From Nitrospiraceae bacterium (GTDB lineage Bacteria; Nitrospirota; Thermodesulfovibrionia; UBA6902): a stretch of DNA of 64,000 nucleotides. The position numbers and the translations under genes are program-made. The stretch spans positions 338 through 64,337 of the forward strand of contig QZIL01000083.1 of NCBI GenBank assembly GCA_003599025.1. Direction: 5' to 3'. Shown here in pieces: positions 1 to 8,338 of the stretch. The notes under the pieces are model-generated. The model was not told the origin of the DNA and did not search any database. It worked only from the letters and a program-made list of their open reading frames with translations. Each line of letters opens with the position of its first letter. Position 1 is the stretch's first letter.

Positions 1-2208
1 AAGCTCGGGAAGCTCTTTCTCAGTCCATCGGATGTTCCAGCTGATTCTCAGTATAACACGGACAGGCAGGAAGTCTATGTACATGAGCGTTCAGCTGAAG
101 CATTTAACATAATAAATGAGATACTCTGCGCTATGGGGCAATCCAGATACGACGAAATGGTCAATACTGGCAATTATAAGGCGCAGATTGACATGAACAA
201 ATGCAGTCAGAACAAGGACAGTGCATCAAACGCAGGGGAAAGCTCACAGAACCAGTCTTCAGGTTCCACAGCGCCCAGTTATGAAATGTGGACGGTAAAC
301 TCTTCAAGGGTGGACAACAGTTCACCGCATATCGTAAAAGTCTGGATGCATGAGAAAGCGGACCGTGATGAACCCGCAAAAGTGATTTATGTAAAAGTCA
401 CTATTACCGAGGGGGCCAGCGATACAAACCCTTACGGCTTATTTACAATTTATTTCAAGGGGCACCCGGAGGTCGGCGGCGTAGTCAATACTGATCAGAT
501 TATGTTCTATGGCTTCCTTAAGGCTGAAAAGCCGGAGGGCTCAGATGATGTTCTTCTGAGTTTTGTATGCCAGGATACTGAAGGGTCATTCAAGGAACAG
601 GTCGTGCTGAACAGGGCAGCTGATGGTTCCGGCGGCTCCGGCAGTGTTGCATTAACTGATGAGTGGGACGGGGATACCAGTTTTGATATTGCGTTTAATA
701 CGACACATTTTCTGAGGGAAAACACAGAGTCATCTGATCAGATGTGTTTTAGCAGGACAACTTTTGATGAAACTGCATGGGACTACGGTCTTTATAATGC
801 ATCCGGGTCAAGGGTAAACCGCAATTCAGGCTTTTCGATCAAGACAGGCGAGTATTATGGATGGATAGGCTATTACGGGCTCTGGCTCCCTGAGCAGGCG
901 TCAGTAGTCAATGGAGATACGGTTTACAGAGTATCATTCAGTCAGGGTGGTGAAACAGCAGTCCCTTACACTGTTATCAAGAAAGGCGGCCGGCTCAAGA
1001 AGCACACAAGGAACGCTACTACGCTCGGCGCTGTCAAGAACATCCCGCTTGACTACTGGGACATGGGCAGCAGTTCACGTGTCAAGTGGAACGGTTCCGG
1101 TTTTGTGAAGTTTGCTGAAATGAATAATGAAAATCATATGTGGGAAAATATTCCTGAAGAGGCTTTAGACCTTAGCGAACTTAACTATGGTGAACTCAAT
1201 TTCTGGTCACAGTCGCTGGGAGGTCAGGTGCGTGTAAAACTCGCAAATTGTTTATGGAACATGGAGTCAGGCAAAGTGGCTTGCGATGCACCGGGGAATT
1301 CCACTCCTGTCATTTATTTCAAGGAAGATGCTGTGTTTCCGGGCGACAGCGTGCCTGCCAATCTGAAGTGTTATGATAACTGCCCTAAATATACTGCTGA
1401 GGCAGGTGGGGTCGTACCTTCAGACGCAACGTACGCGCCTGACTGGAACCCGTCGGATGGCACAGATTCATACGATTACACATTCAGTTCAACTGTCAGC
1501 GAGATGCTTCTTAAAGAAGGCGGAAACGCCCTCTTGTGGGTAAGTGACGAAAGTGGTCAAAACCAGTGGGGCGTTATGAGCGGTCCCATGTTTGAGCCGA
1601 GCCAGGCAAATCTGGATTTGCTTGACTGCAATTGGGACGGAGACAATGATCCTGCAACAGATTCTCAGACTTGCGGCTGGAAGGCACATAGTGAACTAAG
1701 TACATTTTATACCTGGGAAACAGGGGCCAATGCATGGAACCAGTTTACTGCACTCAGGGACTCCGGCGGAAATATCCTTAAATTTCAGCGGCCGTTGCAG
1801 GTGCAGTATGTCCATTCACAACCTGATGAAAGTGCATATGACTTTAAGTACGATGGTGTGAGCTTTTACCTCGAATACAGCGGCTTTGGCAATCTCCACG
1901 GTATTCCGGGTAACTGTATTGACAGGGACACAGGTGAGCCGACTAATTGCCAGCAGGGCACAAGATGGGTGCCTGAATTCACAATACCTGATGGTTCCGA
2001 AGCAACGGATGGAACGAATGATTATCTTATAAAGGCGCTCAGGAAGGAGCAGAGGATGCGCAGTGTGACTGTTGATAATTGTGCAGGACTATCACTGACT
2101 TCCTATACGCTTCCTGAAATAACAGAAGACAACTGGACAGATCCCGGTATCGGTGCTGAGCCGGTTGTCAGCAACGCGCCAGCTGTAATAGGCGGAGAGA
2201 TTCAGTAG
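1..2208 (+). CDS. Large hypothetical secreted/surface protein, 5' end truncated by the window edge
   Basis: Frame 1 has no stop from nt 1 (KLGKLFLSPSDVPADSQYNTDRQEVYVHERSAEAFNIINEILCAMGQ...) and runs into the listed 133..2208 ORF, so the listed ATG is probably internal. The protein is rich in Cys, Trp, Asp and Gly, and I recognise no catalytic motif. A strong hairpin terminator follows. Confidence 0.6.
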   Translation, partial: KLGKLFLSPSDVPADSQYNTDRQEVYVHERSAEAFNIINEILCAMGQSRYDEMVNTGNYKAQIDMNKCSQNKDSASNAGESSQNQSSGSTAPSYEMWTVNSSRVDNSSPHIVKVWMHEKADRDEPAKVIYVKVTITEGASDTNPYGLFTIYFKGHPEVGGVVNTDQIMFYGFLKAEKPEGSDDVLLSFVCQDTEGSFKEQVVLNRAADGSGGSGSVALTDEWDGDTSFDIAFNTTHFLRENTESSDQMCFSRTTFDETAWDYGLYNASGSRVNRNSGFSIKTGEYYGWIGYYGLWLPEQASVVNGDTVYRVSFSQGGETAVPYTVIKKGGRLKKHTRNATTLGAVKNIPLDYWDMGSSSRVKWNGSGFVKFAEMNNENHMWENIPEEALDLSELNYGELNFWSQSLGGQVRVKLANCLWNMESGKVACDAPGNSTPVIYFKEDAVFPGDSVPANLKCYDNCPKYTAEAGGVVPSDATYAPDWNPSDGTDSYDYTFSSTVSEMLLKEGGNALLWVSDESGQNQWGVMSGPMFEPSQANLDLLDCNWDGDNDPATDSQTCGWKAHSELSTFYTWETGANAWNQFTALRDSGGNILKFQRPLQVQYVHSQPDESAYDFKYDGVSFYLEYSGFGNLHGIPGNCIDRDTGEPTNCQQGTRWVPEFTIPDGSEATDGTNDYLIKALRKEQRMRSVTVDNCAGLSLTSYTLPEITEDNWTDPGIGAEPVVSNAPAVIGGEIQ

Positions 2209-2240
2209 GGAAACAGGCAGGGCTTATGCTCAGCTTGTCA

Positions 2241-2280
2241 AAGGGACACATCCTGAACCGGATGTGTCCCTTTCTTTATT
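2241..2280 (+). terminator. Rho-independent terminator after the first CDS
   Basis: A perfect 13 bp stem, AAGGGACACATCC (2241-2253) pairing with GGATGTGTCCCTT (2260-2272), encloses a 6 nt loop and is followed by a T-rich run (TCTTTATT). Confidence 0.8.
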
Positions 2281-2300
2281 AAACATGATAAAATGAGCGC

Positions 2301-2903
2301 ATGCGTTTTTTTTCATGCACTATATTGATTTTATTACTCAATACCGCTTGCACAGGCAAAGAGAAATCAGTAGAAATAAACCGGGAAGACATACGTGGGA
2401 AAGTCAGTAATCACGTTGAGGCTGCCGTATTTGACGGGACCGATCTCAAGACAATATCTGTGTCCGGGAACAGGTCCTCTGTCCCTCATGGTATAACCTT
2501 GAACTATTCAGGAGTTCTGTATTGCACAAGGCAGGGATATTATCCTCAAACGATTATCTTTAAGGCAATGGAGGAATCGTTTATGATGGATAGTGTCTCG
2601 CTCAAACCGTTGATAAATTCTGAAGTAGGTGTGCTGACAGGAGTTGTATACAAGCCTGTCACAGGCGGAAAGCTTGAAGGGCATAGGGGTATTGCCCGGC
2701 TGTTTGGGAATGAAAAGGTAAGTATTGTTAATGATGATACTGCCCGGGAAGTAATAACGGACGATTATGGTGTTTTTATGATCGGGCTTTTACCTGGTAA
2801 ATATGATATTGTTTTCAATAATAAAAAAGTCAGTATGGTACTGATTGAAAAAAGCAGGACCACTATCCGGAATATACAGAAAGGGGTCATGCTGATAGAT
2901 TGA
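2301..2903 (+). CDS. Lipoprotein with a carboxypeptidase-regulatory-like (CarboxypepD_reg / Ig-like) domain
   Basis: The N-terminus [17 protein letters not shown] carries a lipobox (LNTA-C). The C-terminal half ([21 protein letters not shown]...[19 protein letters not shown]) has the typical CarboxypepD_reg pattern. Confidence 0.6.
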   Translation: MRFFSCTILILLLNTACTGKEKSVEINREDIRGKVSNHVEAAVFDGTDLKTISVSGNRSSVPHGITLNYSGVLYCTRQGYYPQTIIFKAMEESFMMDSVSLKPLINSEVGVLTGVVYKPVTGGKLEGHRGIARLFGNEKVSIVNDDTAREVITDDYGVFMIGLLPGKYDIVFNNKKVSMVLIEKSRTTIRNIQKGVMLID

Positions 2904-2922
2904 TCCCGGCCAGGAGGGGGTA

Positions 2923-4791
2923 TTGAAGCGACTAATTTTTCTCTTTTTGTTTTTTGCAATCTGTCTCCCTGCAGTTCCTTCCTTCGCAGGAGAAGACAGT
3001 GTCATGCTCTTGCAAAAGGCCTTTGAGAGAGGGGAACTCAGCTATCAGGCCGCTCTGAATTATAAACTATATGCGGTATTCAGCAGGAATAAACTGCCAA
3101 GGGCTTATCAGTCGGACATTCCGGTCAAATCAGCGACGTCCATAATCATGGAGGCAAGGCAAAACAAAGGCCTGCTTTTCAAGGATAATGAATTTATCAT
3201 TTTCAGGCCGACTGACGGAGACGATACGGATTATTATGGAGGCGGTATCGCAGTCTGGACATATGACAGCCCCGGCGGACATTTTAAAATACACTATACC
3301 GAAAACGATTCAAATGGAGATGCAGTTTACGGATCTGACGGGGACCAGGGTACTGTTCCAGCATATGTGACCGACCTGGCTGGATACCTCGATAATTCAT
3401 GGACAGAAACTGTCACAATTATGGGATATGCAGCTCCGCAGTCTGACGACCCAGCAGGCGGGGACAGCAGGCTGGATGTGTATCTGGTCAATATGAATGC
3501 GTTCGGATATACGAGCTTTGATTCCGGCCCTTCGGATGTTTATATCGTGATCGAAAATGATTTTGAAGGCTTTCCTGAGAACCTTGATCCCGTTGATCAG
3601 AGAAAGGGGGCGCTTAAGGTAACAGCGGTGCATGAGTTCTTTCATGCCTCTCAATTTCAATACACCACCAATGAAGCTGCAAACAGATGGTGGATGGAGG
3701 CGACAGGCACGTGGATTGAAGACATAATATACCCTGAAGTGAAAGACTATCTGAATTATACCGGATTTAAATATGCCGACAGCAATGATAATGGTAAATG
3801 GGACAGCGGAGAGACCTGGTATAAGATTGATGGTACTGCAGTTGCAGGTACTACCTCCAGGCCTGAACGATGGTTTGACCGGCCACAGTATTCACTAGAC
3901 TCTACTGAGGCGTCTCATGAATACGGCACTATAGTATTTGCGAAATATTTATCAGAAAAATACGGCGAGGGCGTGATCAGGTCTGTATGGGAAAGGATTG
4001 ACACTGATACTATCGCGCTTGAGGCTATATCGGATGAGCTGTTGTCACGAGGGACTTCTCTGGCCGCAATCTTTACTGTATTCCAATCTGCAAATTACAG
4101 GAGGGATTATACTGACGGAGGATATTACCCTCTTGTCAGACATGAGGCAACATATGCTTCCTATTCATGGAATATAAACGGGACGCTCAACCATCTCTCT
4201 TCGCACTATTATGCCTTTAAACCTGATGTTGCTTCTTCGAATATAACCTTTGCTTTTCATAATATGAATTCAGGACAGATGGCAGTGCGACTTATTTTCA
4301 GCAAGTTCTCAGGCGGATACGATGAAAAGGAAATTACACTGGATAGTCCTGATGTTTATTATCAAATGGAGCGCTTCGGCACTGACACCACCTATTCAAG
4401 GGCGGCAATGATCGTTATGAATAAATCATCATCTCTGGACGGCAGTGCGTATTCCATATCAGTATCCCGTGATATAAAGGAAGACGATGAAGACAAGAGA
4501 TGCTTTATCGCGACTGCAGCCTACGGGAGTTATCTTTCTGAAGAGGTACAGGTATTAAGAAGATTCAGGGACGAATGCCTTCTGACCAACAGGGCGGGCA
4601 GAACGTTTGTCCGGTACTATTATGAATTTTCCCCTTCAGCTGCGGATTATATAAGTGGCCATACGACCTTGAAGTCTATAATAAGATGTATGCTTGCGCC
4701 TGTGGTATATTCGATCAAATATCCGCTATATGCGCTGATTATATGTACCATAGGAGCTGTTATTCTGATGTCTACCAGGAAGAAGAGTTGA
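2923..4791 (+). CDS. Secreted HExxH zinc metalloprotease-like protein with a C-terminal CFI-box-type membrane anchor
   Basis: The gene uses a TTG start with AGGAGG 5 nt upstream. It has a signal peptide ([24 protein letters not shown]) and an HEFFH motif ([14 protein letters not shown]). The block [16 protein letters not shown]...[13 protein letters not shown]...[19 protein letters not shown] resembles putative MXAN_6640-like metalloproteases, from memory. The C-terminus reads [30 protein letters not shown]...[10 protein letters not shown], followed by a TM helix and an RKKS tail. Confidence 0.6.
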   Translation: MKRLIFLFLFFAICLPAVPSFAGEDSVMLLQKAFERGELSYQAALNYKLYAVFSRNKLPRAYQSDIPVKSATSIIMEARQNKGLLFKDNEFIIFRPTDGDDTDYYGGGIAVWTYDSPGGHFKIHYTENDSNGDAVYGSDGDQGTVPAYVTDLAGYLDNSWTETVTIMGYAAPQSDDPAGGDSRLDVYLVNMNAFGYTSFDSGPSDVYIVIENDFEGFPENLDPVDQRKGALKVTAVHEFFHASQFQYTTNEAANRWWMEATGTWIEDIIYPEVKDYLNYTGFKYADSNDNGKWDSGETWYKIDGTAVAGTTSRPERWFDRPQYSLDSTEASHEYGTIVFAKYLSEKYGEGVIRSVWERIDTDTIALEAISDELLSRGTSLAAIFTVFQSANYRRDYTDGGYYPLVRHEATYASYSWNINGTLNHLSSHYYAFKPDVASSNITFAFHNMNSGQMAVRLIFSKFSGGYDEKEITLDSPDVYYQMERFGTDTTYSRAAMIVMNKSSSLDGSAYSISVSRDIKEDDEDKRCFIATAAYGSYLSEEVQVLRRFRDECLLTNRAGRTFVRYYYEFSPSAADYISGHTTLKSIIRCMLAPVVYSIKYPLYALIICTIGAVILMSTRKKS

Positions 4792-4878
4792 TTTCCGGGT
4801 TCAACTGGTATGGAAGTCGGGGATACGGACAAATTGAAATTTAGTATGATGCAGGCAGGTTAACCCGCTGGAAAAAGA

Positions 4879-4904
4879 TATGCAGAGCATGTGTTGCTCT
4901 GCAT
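4879..4904. terminator. Bidirectional hairpin terminator between convergent genes
   Basis: An 11 bp perfect stem, TATGCAGAGCA/TGCTCTGCATA, encloses a 4 nt loop. T-rich runs flank it on both strands. It lies between the stop of 2923..4791 (+) and the stop of 4944..5255 (-). Confidence 0.7.
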
Positions 4905-4943
4905 AATAAGCTTTACTTTTCAGGTGTTATAAATCAGTTTGTG

Positions 4944-5255
4944 CTACTTAGATGAGGTCGCGTATTTCTGGCCGGGTTTCATCAGAACAAACCCTGCAGC
5001 CCCTTCTTCTCTCTTGATCTCCTTGAAAACTTCGCACGACATGCAGGAGACAGATTTCTGAGCAAAGTCACCCTGAACCTTTCCACCACAGAATGTGCCG
5101 GCAATGGCCCAGCATATACGGCCACCGTTTTTTCCGTTGTTTACTCCGTTCGTGGATGTACTTGTTGCTGCGGGACATACACCCATTTCAGCACTCTTGA
5201 CCCCCCCGGGCTCTCTGCCGCATTTCTTCATCTCCCAACAGTTCTGCTTAGACAT
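4944..5255 (-). CDS. Small cytoplasmic Cys-rich protein with two C-W motifs (two-CW-domain-like)
   Basis: The protein is 103 aa with a strong SD sequence (AAGGAGGAGG) 5 nt upstream of the ATG. It has seven Cys and two CW dyads (NCWEMKKCGREPGG...GVCPA...GGRICWAIAGTFCGGKVQG...CMSCEVF). It has no signal peptide. Confidence 0.6.
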   Translation of the reverse strand: MSKQNCWEMKKCGREPGGVKSAEMGVCPAATSTSTNGVNNGKNGGRICWAIAGTFCGGKVQGDFAQKSVSCMSCEVFKEIKREEGAAGFVLMKPGQKYATSSK

Positions 5256-5446
5256 TTTGACCTCCTCCTTTGCTTAGCCTTCCATGTAAGTATAGTTTGT
5301 TTTAATGCTGATGCATTAAATCCCTAAGTCTTTTGCTTATTATTACGGCAATTATAAGAGGGAACTTTAGTAGGCATATGGTGGTATCAAATTATTTTAT
5401 ATAAATAATATGTTGAATCATGTAATACAATGAGAAGATGGGCCTG

Positions 5447-6622
5447 CTATTTCATGACCTGGTTCATCTCAAATATAGGCAGGAGGACCGAGACTACAAT
5501 AAATCCGACTACAAGGCCCATTACTAAAATCAGTGCAGGTTCGAGCAGACTTATTACCCTCTGTAGTTTTCTGTCAAATTCGGATTCGTAGGATTCGGCT
5601 GTCTTTTGCAGTACTTCAGGCAGTTTCCCTGTTTGTTCACCGGTGGAGATTATCTGCAGGAGTGTAGGGGGGAAACCCTCAAGACTTGCGGAAAGCCTGG
5701 CCCCCTGTGAAACGCGGGTCTGTGCAGCCATAATTTTATTTTCGAGTACAACGTTGCCAGTGGCCTTTGAGGTCAACTGCATTGCCTTGAGAATCGGCAG
5801 CCCTCCGGAAAGGAGAAAACCCATAGTCATGGAAAATCGCAGCATGTAAAGGCCCGTTAAAATTCCAGTTGGGTCTTTTAGCAGCATTGAATCAATTAAT
5901 GCCCTGTTTGTCCGCCTGATCTTCCTGAACAATACAACAGAGCCTGCTGCCAGGGCAAGAAGCAGCCACCAGAAATTTTTCAATGCCGAGCTTATCCAGA
6001 TAAGGATGATGGTGACAAATGGCAGACTGGCTGAGGTCTCCTCAAATATTTTTGTTATCTTTGGTATAACAAAGGTGAACAGGAACAGCACAATGCCTAT
6101 ACTCACAAAGGCCATAAACGCCGGATATACCAGAGCTGTGGTAATTTTGTTTCTGATATTCAACTCGGTTTCGAGATAATCAGAGAGTTTTAAGAGGACC
6201 TCGGTCAATTTGCCGCTGCTCTCGCCGGCTGCTATCATACCCGAATAAAAATCCGGAAAGATCTCGGGATAGGACTGAGTGGCCCGTGCCAGGGACGAAC
6301 CTCCTGCAAGGCTGTCCTTAAGGTCTGTCAGTATATTTCTCCACTCACCTTTCTGTTCGGAAGACAACGCGCTGATCGCCTCAATAAGAGGGACACCTGA
6401 TGACAACAGGGTTGAAAGTCTTCTGGTGATATTGGCAAGTGTCAGTGGAGAGGTTTTTCCTGAGAATAATTTTTTTCCTGAAGGGAGTGACTCGGTAATC
6501 TCTTTCGGGAAAATGCCTTTTGATTTTAATTTGACAGAGGCGTCTTTCTGTCCGTCGGCCTCTATCACTCCTTCGGAGGATGATCCGGTCTGTGTATATC
6601 CGCGATATTTGAAAACAGGCAT
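5447..6622 (-). CDS. gspF: Type II secretion system inner-membrane platform protein GspF
   Basis: The protein is 391 aa with two T2SSF-type repeats and three TM segments. It starts 3 nt after the gspE stop. The sequence is typical GspF/PilC, and the flanking PDZ-GspC and 505 aa GspE favour T2SS. Confidence 0.85.
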   Translation of the reverse strand: MPVFKYRGYTQTGSSSEGVIEADGQKDASVKLKSKGIFPKEITESLPSGKKLFSGKTSPLTLANITRRLSTLLSSGVPLIEAISALSSEQKGEWRNILTDLKDSLAGGSSLARATQSYPEIFPDFYSGMIAAGESSGKLTEVLLKLSDYLETELNIRNKITTALVYPAFMAFVSIGIVLFLFTFVIPKITKIFEETSASLPFVTIILIWISSALKNFWWLLLALAAGSVVLFRKIRRTNRALIDSMLLKDPTGILTGLYMLRFSMTMGFLLSGGLPILKAMQLTSKATGNVVLENKIMAAQTRVSQGARLSASLEGFPPTLLQIISTGEQTGKLPEVLQKTAESYESEFDRKLQRVISLLEPALILVMGLVVGFIVVSVLLPIFEMNQVMK

Positions 6623-6625
6623 TTC

Positions 6626-8143
6626 TTATACTTCCACTTCCCTCAGTGTTACACGCATGACTTCTTCTATTGTGGTAATGCCTTTAATGATTTTGTCAGC
6701 CGCATTGTTGTGAAGAGGTTTAAACCCGGCCCTGACAGCGGCTGATTTTATGTATTGCGCATCTCTTCGCTCTGAAATCATTGTCCTGATGGCCGGAGTT
6801 ATCTCAAGCAGTTCGTAGATCCCTGTCCTGCCGAGATAGCCCTTGCCGAGGCATTTATCGCAGCCCTTACCGTGATACAGCAGGGCCGGAGGAGGGTCCA
6901 TTCTCAGGTAAGTCAGCTCCTGTTTTGAAGGCTCATATGGTTCCTTGCAGAACGGACAGATGACCCTTACAAGCCTCTGTGCCAGAACGCAGACAAGCGA
7001 TGACGCTACAAGAAAGGGCTCTATCCCCATGTCTATCAGCCGTGTAGCTGCACTCGGGGCATCATTTGTATGCAGGGTGCTGAGCACCAGATGTCCTGTA
7101 AGTGAGGCATGCACAGCGATCTCTGCAGTCTCGAGGTCCCTTATCTCTCCGACCATCATGATGTCCGGGTCCTGTCTTAATATTGATCTCAGACCGGTAG
7201 AGAATGTGAGCCCTATCTTCGGGTTTACATGCATCTGCCCAATGCCGCTCAACTGATATTCCACCGGGTCTTCAACGGTAATTATGTTCCGGTCTTCGGT
7301 ATTAAGCCTGATAAGTGACGCATAGAGTGTGGTTGTTTTTCCCGAACCTGTGGGACCGGTGACGAGTATGATGCCGTTGTGTCTTGAAAGGGCATTCTTC
7401 AGTGAGAGCAGAAGTGAATCAGCCAGCCCGAGCATTTCAAGGCTCAGAATGCCGGAATGCCTGTCCAGAAGCCGCAGGACAGCCCTCTCACCCAACGCGG
7501 TAGGGATTATAGACACCCTTATATCAATGCTCTTTCCTCCGACAAGCAGCTGTATCCTGCCGTCCTGAGGCAGTCTTTTTTCCGCAATGTCAAGGCCGGC
7601 TATGATCTTTATCCTCGAGATCAGGGCATCATGGATGATTTTCGGGGGTGCCAGTACTTTTTTCAGAATGCCATCTACCCTGAACCTGACGTCAATGCCT
7701 TTTTCATATGGCTCAATATGTATATCACTTGCCTTCTCCTTTGCAGCTTCCATTAAAAGGGCATTAAGCAGCCGGATTATAGGCGCCTCTTCAGTCAGCT
7801 CCAGCAGGTCCTTAGGGGACTCAAATTCCGTTGCCACCAGAGAAAGGTCTTCCCCTTTTATAACACCCATCGCCTCATCGACCCTGCTGGTCCTGCTGAA
7901 AATACGGTTGATAGCTTCAATAATGACTTTTTCCTCAGCCTGGACAGGGCGGGGTTTCAGATTGAGTGACCTTGCCAGGTCCCTAAGAGCAAAGATCCCG
8001 CGGCTGCCGGCTACAGCGGCGAGCAGTTCATCATTTTCTATCCTGAGGGGCAGGAAGACATTGCCTTTTGCAAAGGGAAGGGATATCTTTTCGATGAGTC
8101 CGTTCTCTATGTCTTCGTCATTGATAATGTCTATTGTTTCCAT
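6626..8143 (-). CDS. gspE: Type II secretion ATPase GspE
   Basis: The protein is 505 aa with Walker A GPTGSGKTTT, Asp and His boxes, and a tetracysteine motif (CPFCKEPYEP...GKGCDKCLGKGYLGR). Confidence 0.9.
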   Translation of the reverse strand: METIDIINDEDIENGLIEKISLPFAKGNVFLPLRIENDELLAAVAGSRGIFALRDLARSLNLKPRPVQAEEKVIIEAINRIFSRTSRVDEAMGVIKGEDLSLVATEFESPKDLLELTEEAPIIRLLNALLMEAAKEKASDIHIEPYEKGIDVRFRVDGILKKVLAPPKIIHDALISRIKIIAGLDIAEKRLPQDGRIQLLVGGKSIDIRVSIIPTALGERAVLRLLDRHSGILSLEMLGLADSLLLSLKNALSRHNGIILVTGPTGSGKTTTLYASLIRLNTEDRNIITVEDPVEYQLSGIGQMHVNPKIGLTFSTGLRSILRQDPDIMMVGEIRDLETAEIAVHASLTGHLVLSTLHTNDAPSAATRLIDMGIEPFLVASSLVCVLAQRLVRVICPFCKEPYEPSKQELTYLRMDPPPALLYHGKGCDKCLGKGYLGRTGIYELLEITPAIRTMISERRDAQYIKSAAVRAGFKPLHNNAADKIIKGITTIEEVMRVTLREVEV

Positions 8144-8196
8144 AATGCTACCGGTTATACTAAGACATTCGTTAATAAAGCATCACAATCGTCATG

Positions 8197-8302
8197 GTCA
8201 TTCCGGCTTGTCCGGCCTGTCCCTTTTTTCGGGGAATCTTTCAAACAGGGATCCCCATCTGCTTCGCTCGCTTAAGGCGCCTACTTCTGGTGCGGGAATG
8301 AC
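8197..8302. repeat. Palindromic intergenic element, GTCATTCC...GGAATGAC family, long variant
   Basis: It starts GTCATTCCGGCTTGTCCGG and ends GCGGGAATGAC. It lies in the gspD-gspE spacer. Confidence 0.7.
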
Positions 8303-8338
8303 AAACAATGTGGCTTTCATAAAGTAGTTTTTAGTAAC

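Noticed and set aside
2170-2208. A common C-terminal ...(I/L)Q tag on three exported proteins (…VIGGEIQ, …IGGFVLQ, …ENMEIQ) as a possible secretion signal.
   Set aside because: With only three cases and a 2-residue motif, this is indistinguishable from chance. The first protein lacks the GGYDC module shared by the other two.
6279-8327. Plus-strand ORFs in the track of 79 to 246 aa (6279..6713, 6945..7256, 7329..7568, 7457..7756, 7587..8327) overlapping gspF/gspE.
   Set aside because: They lie antisense to strongly supported GspE/GspF coding sequence and have low-complexity Ser/Leu/Arg-rich composition with no motifs. The tail of 7587..8327 runs through a palindromic repeat. These are shadow ORFs.
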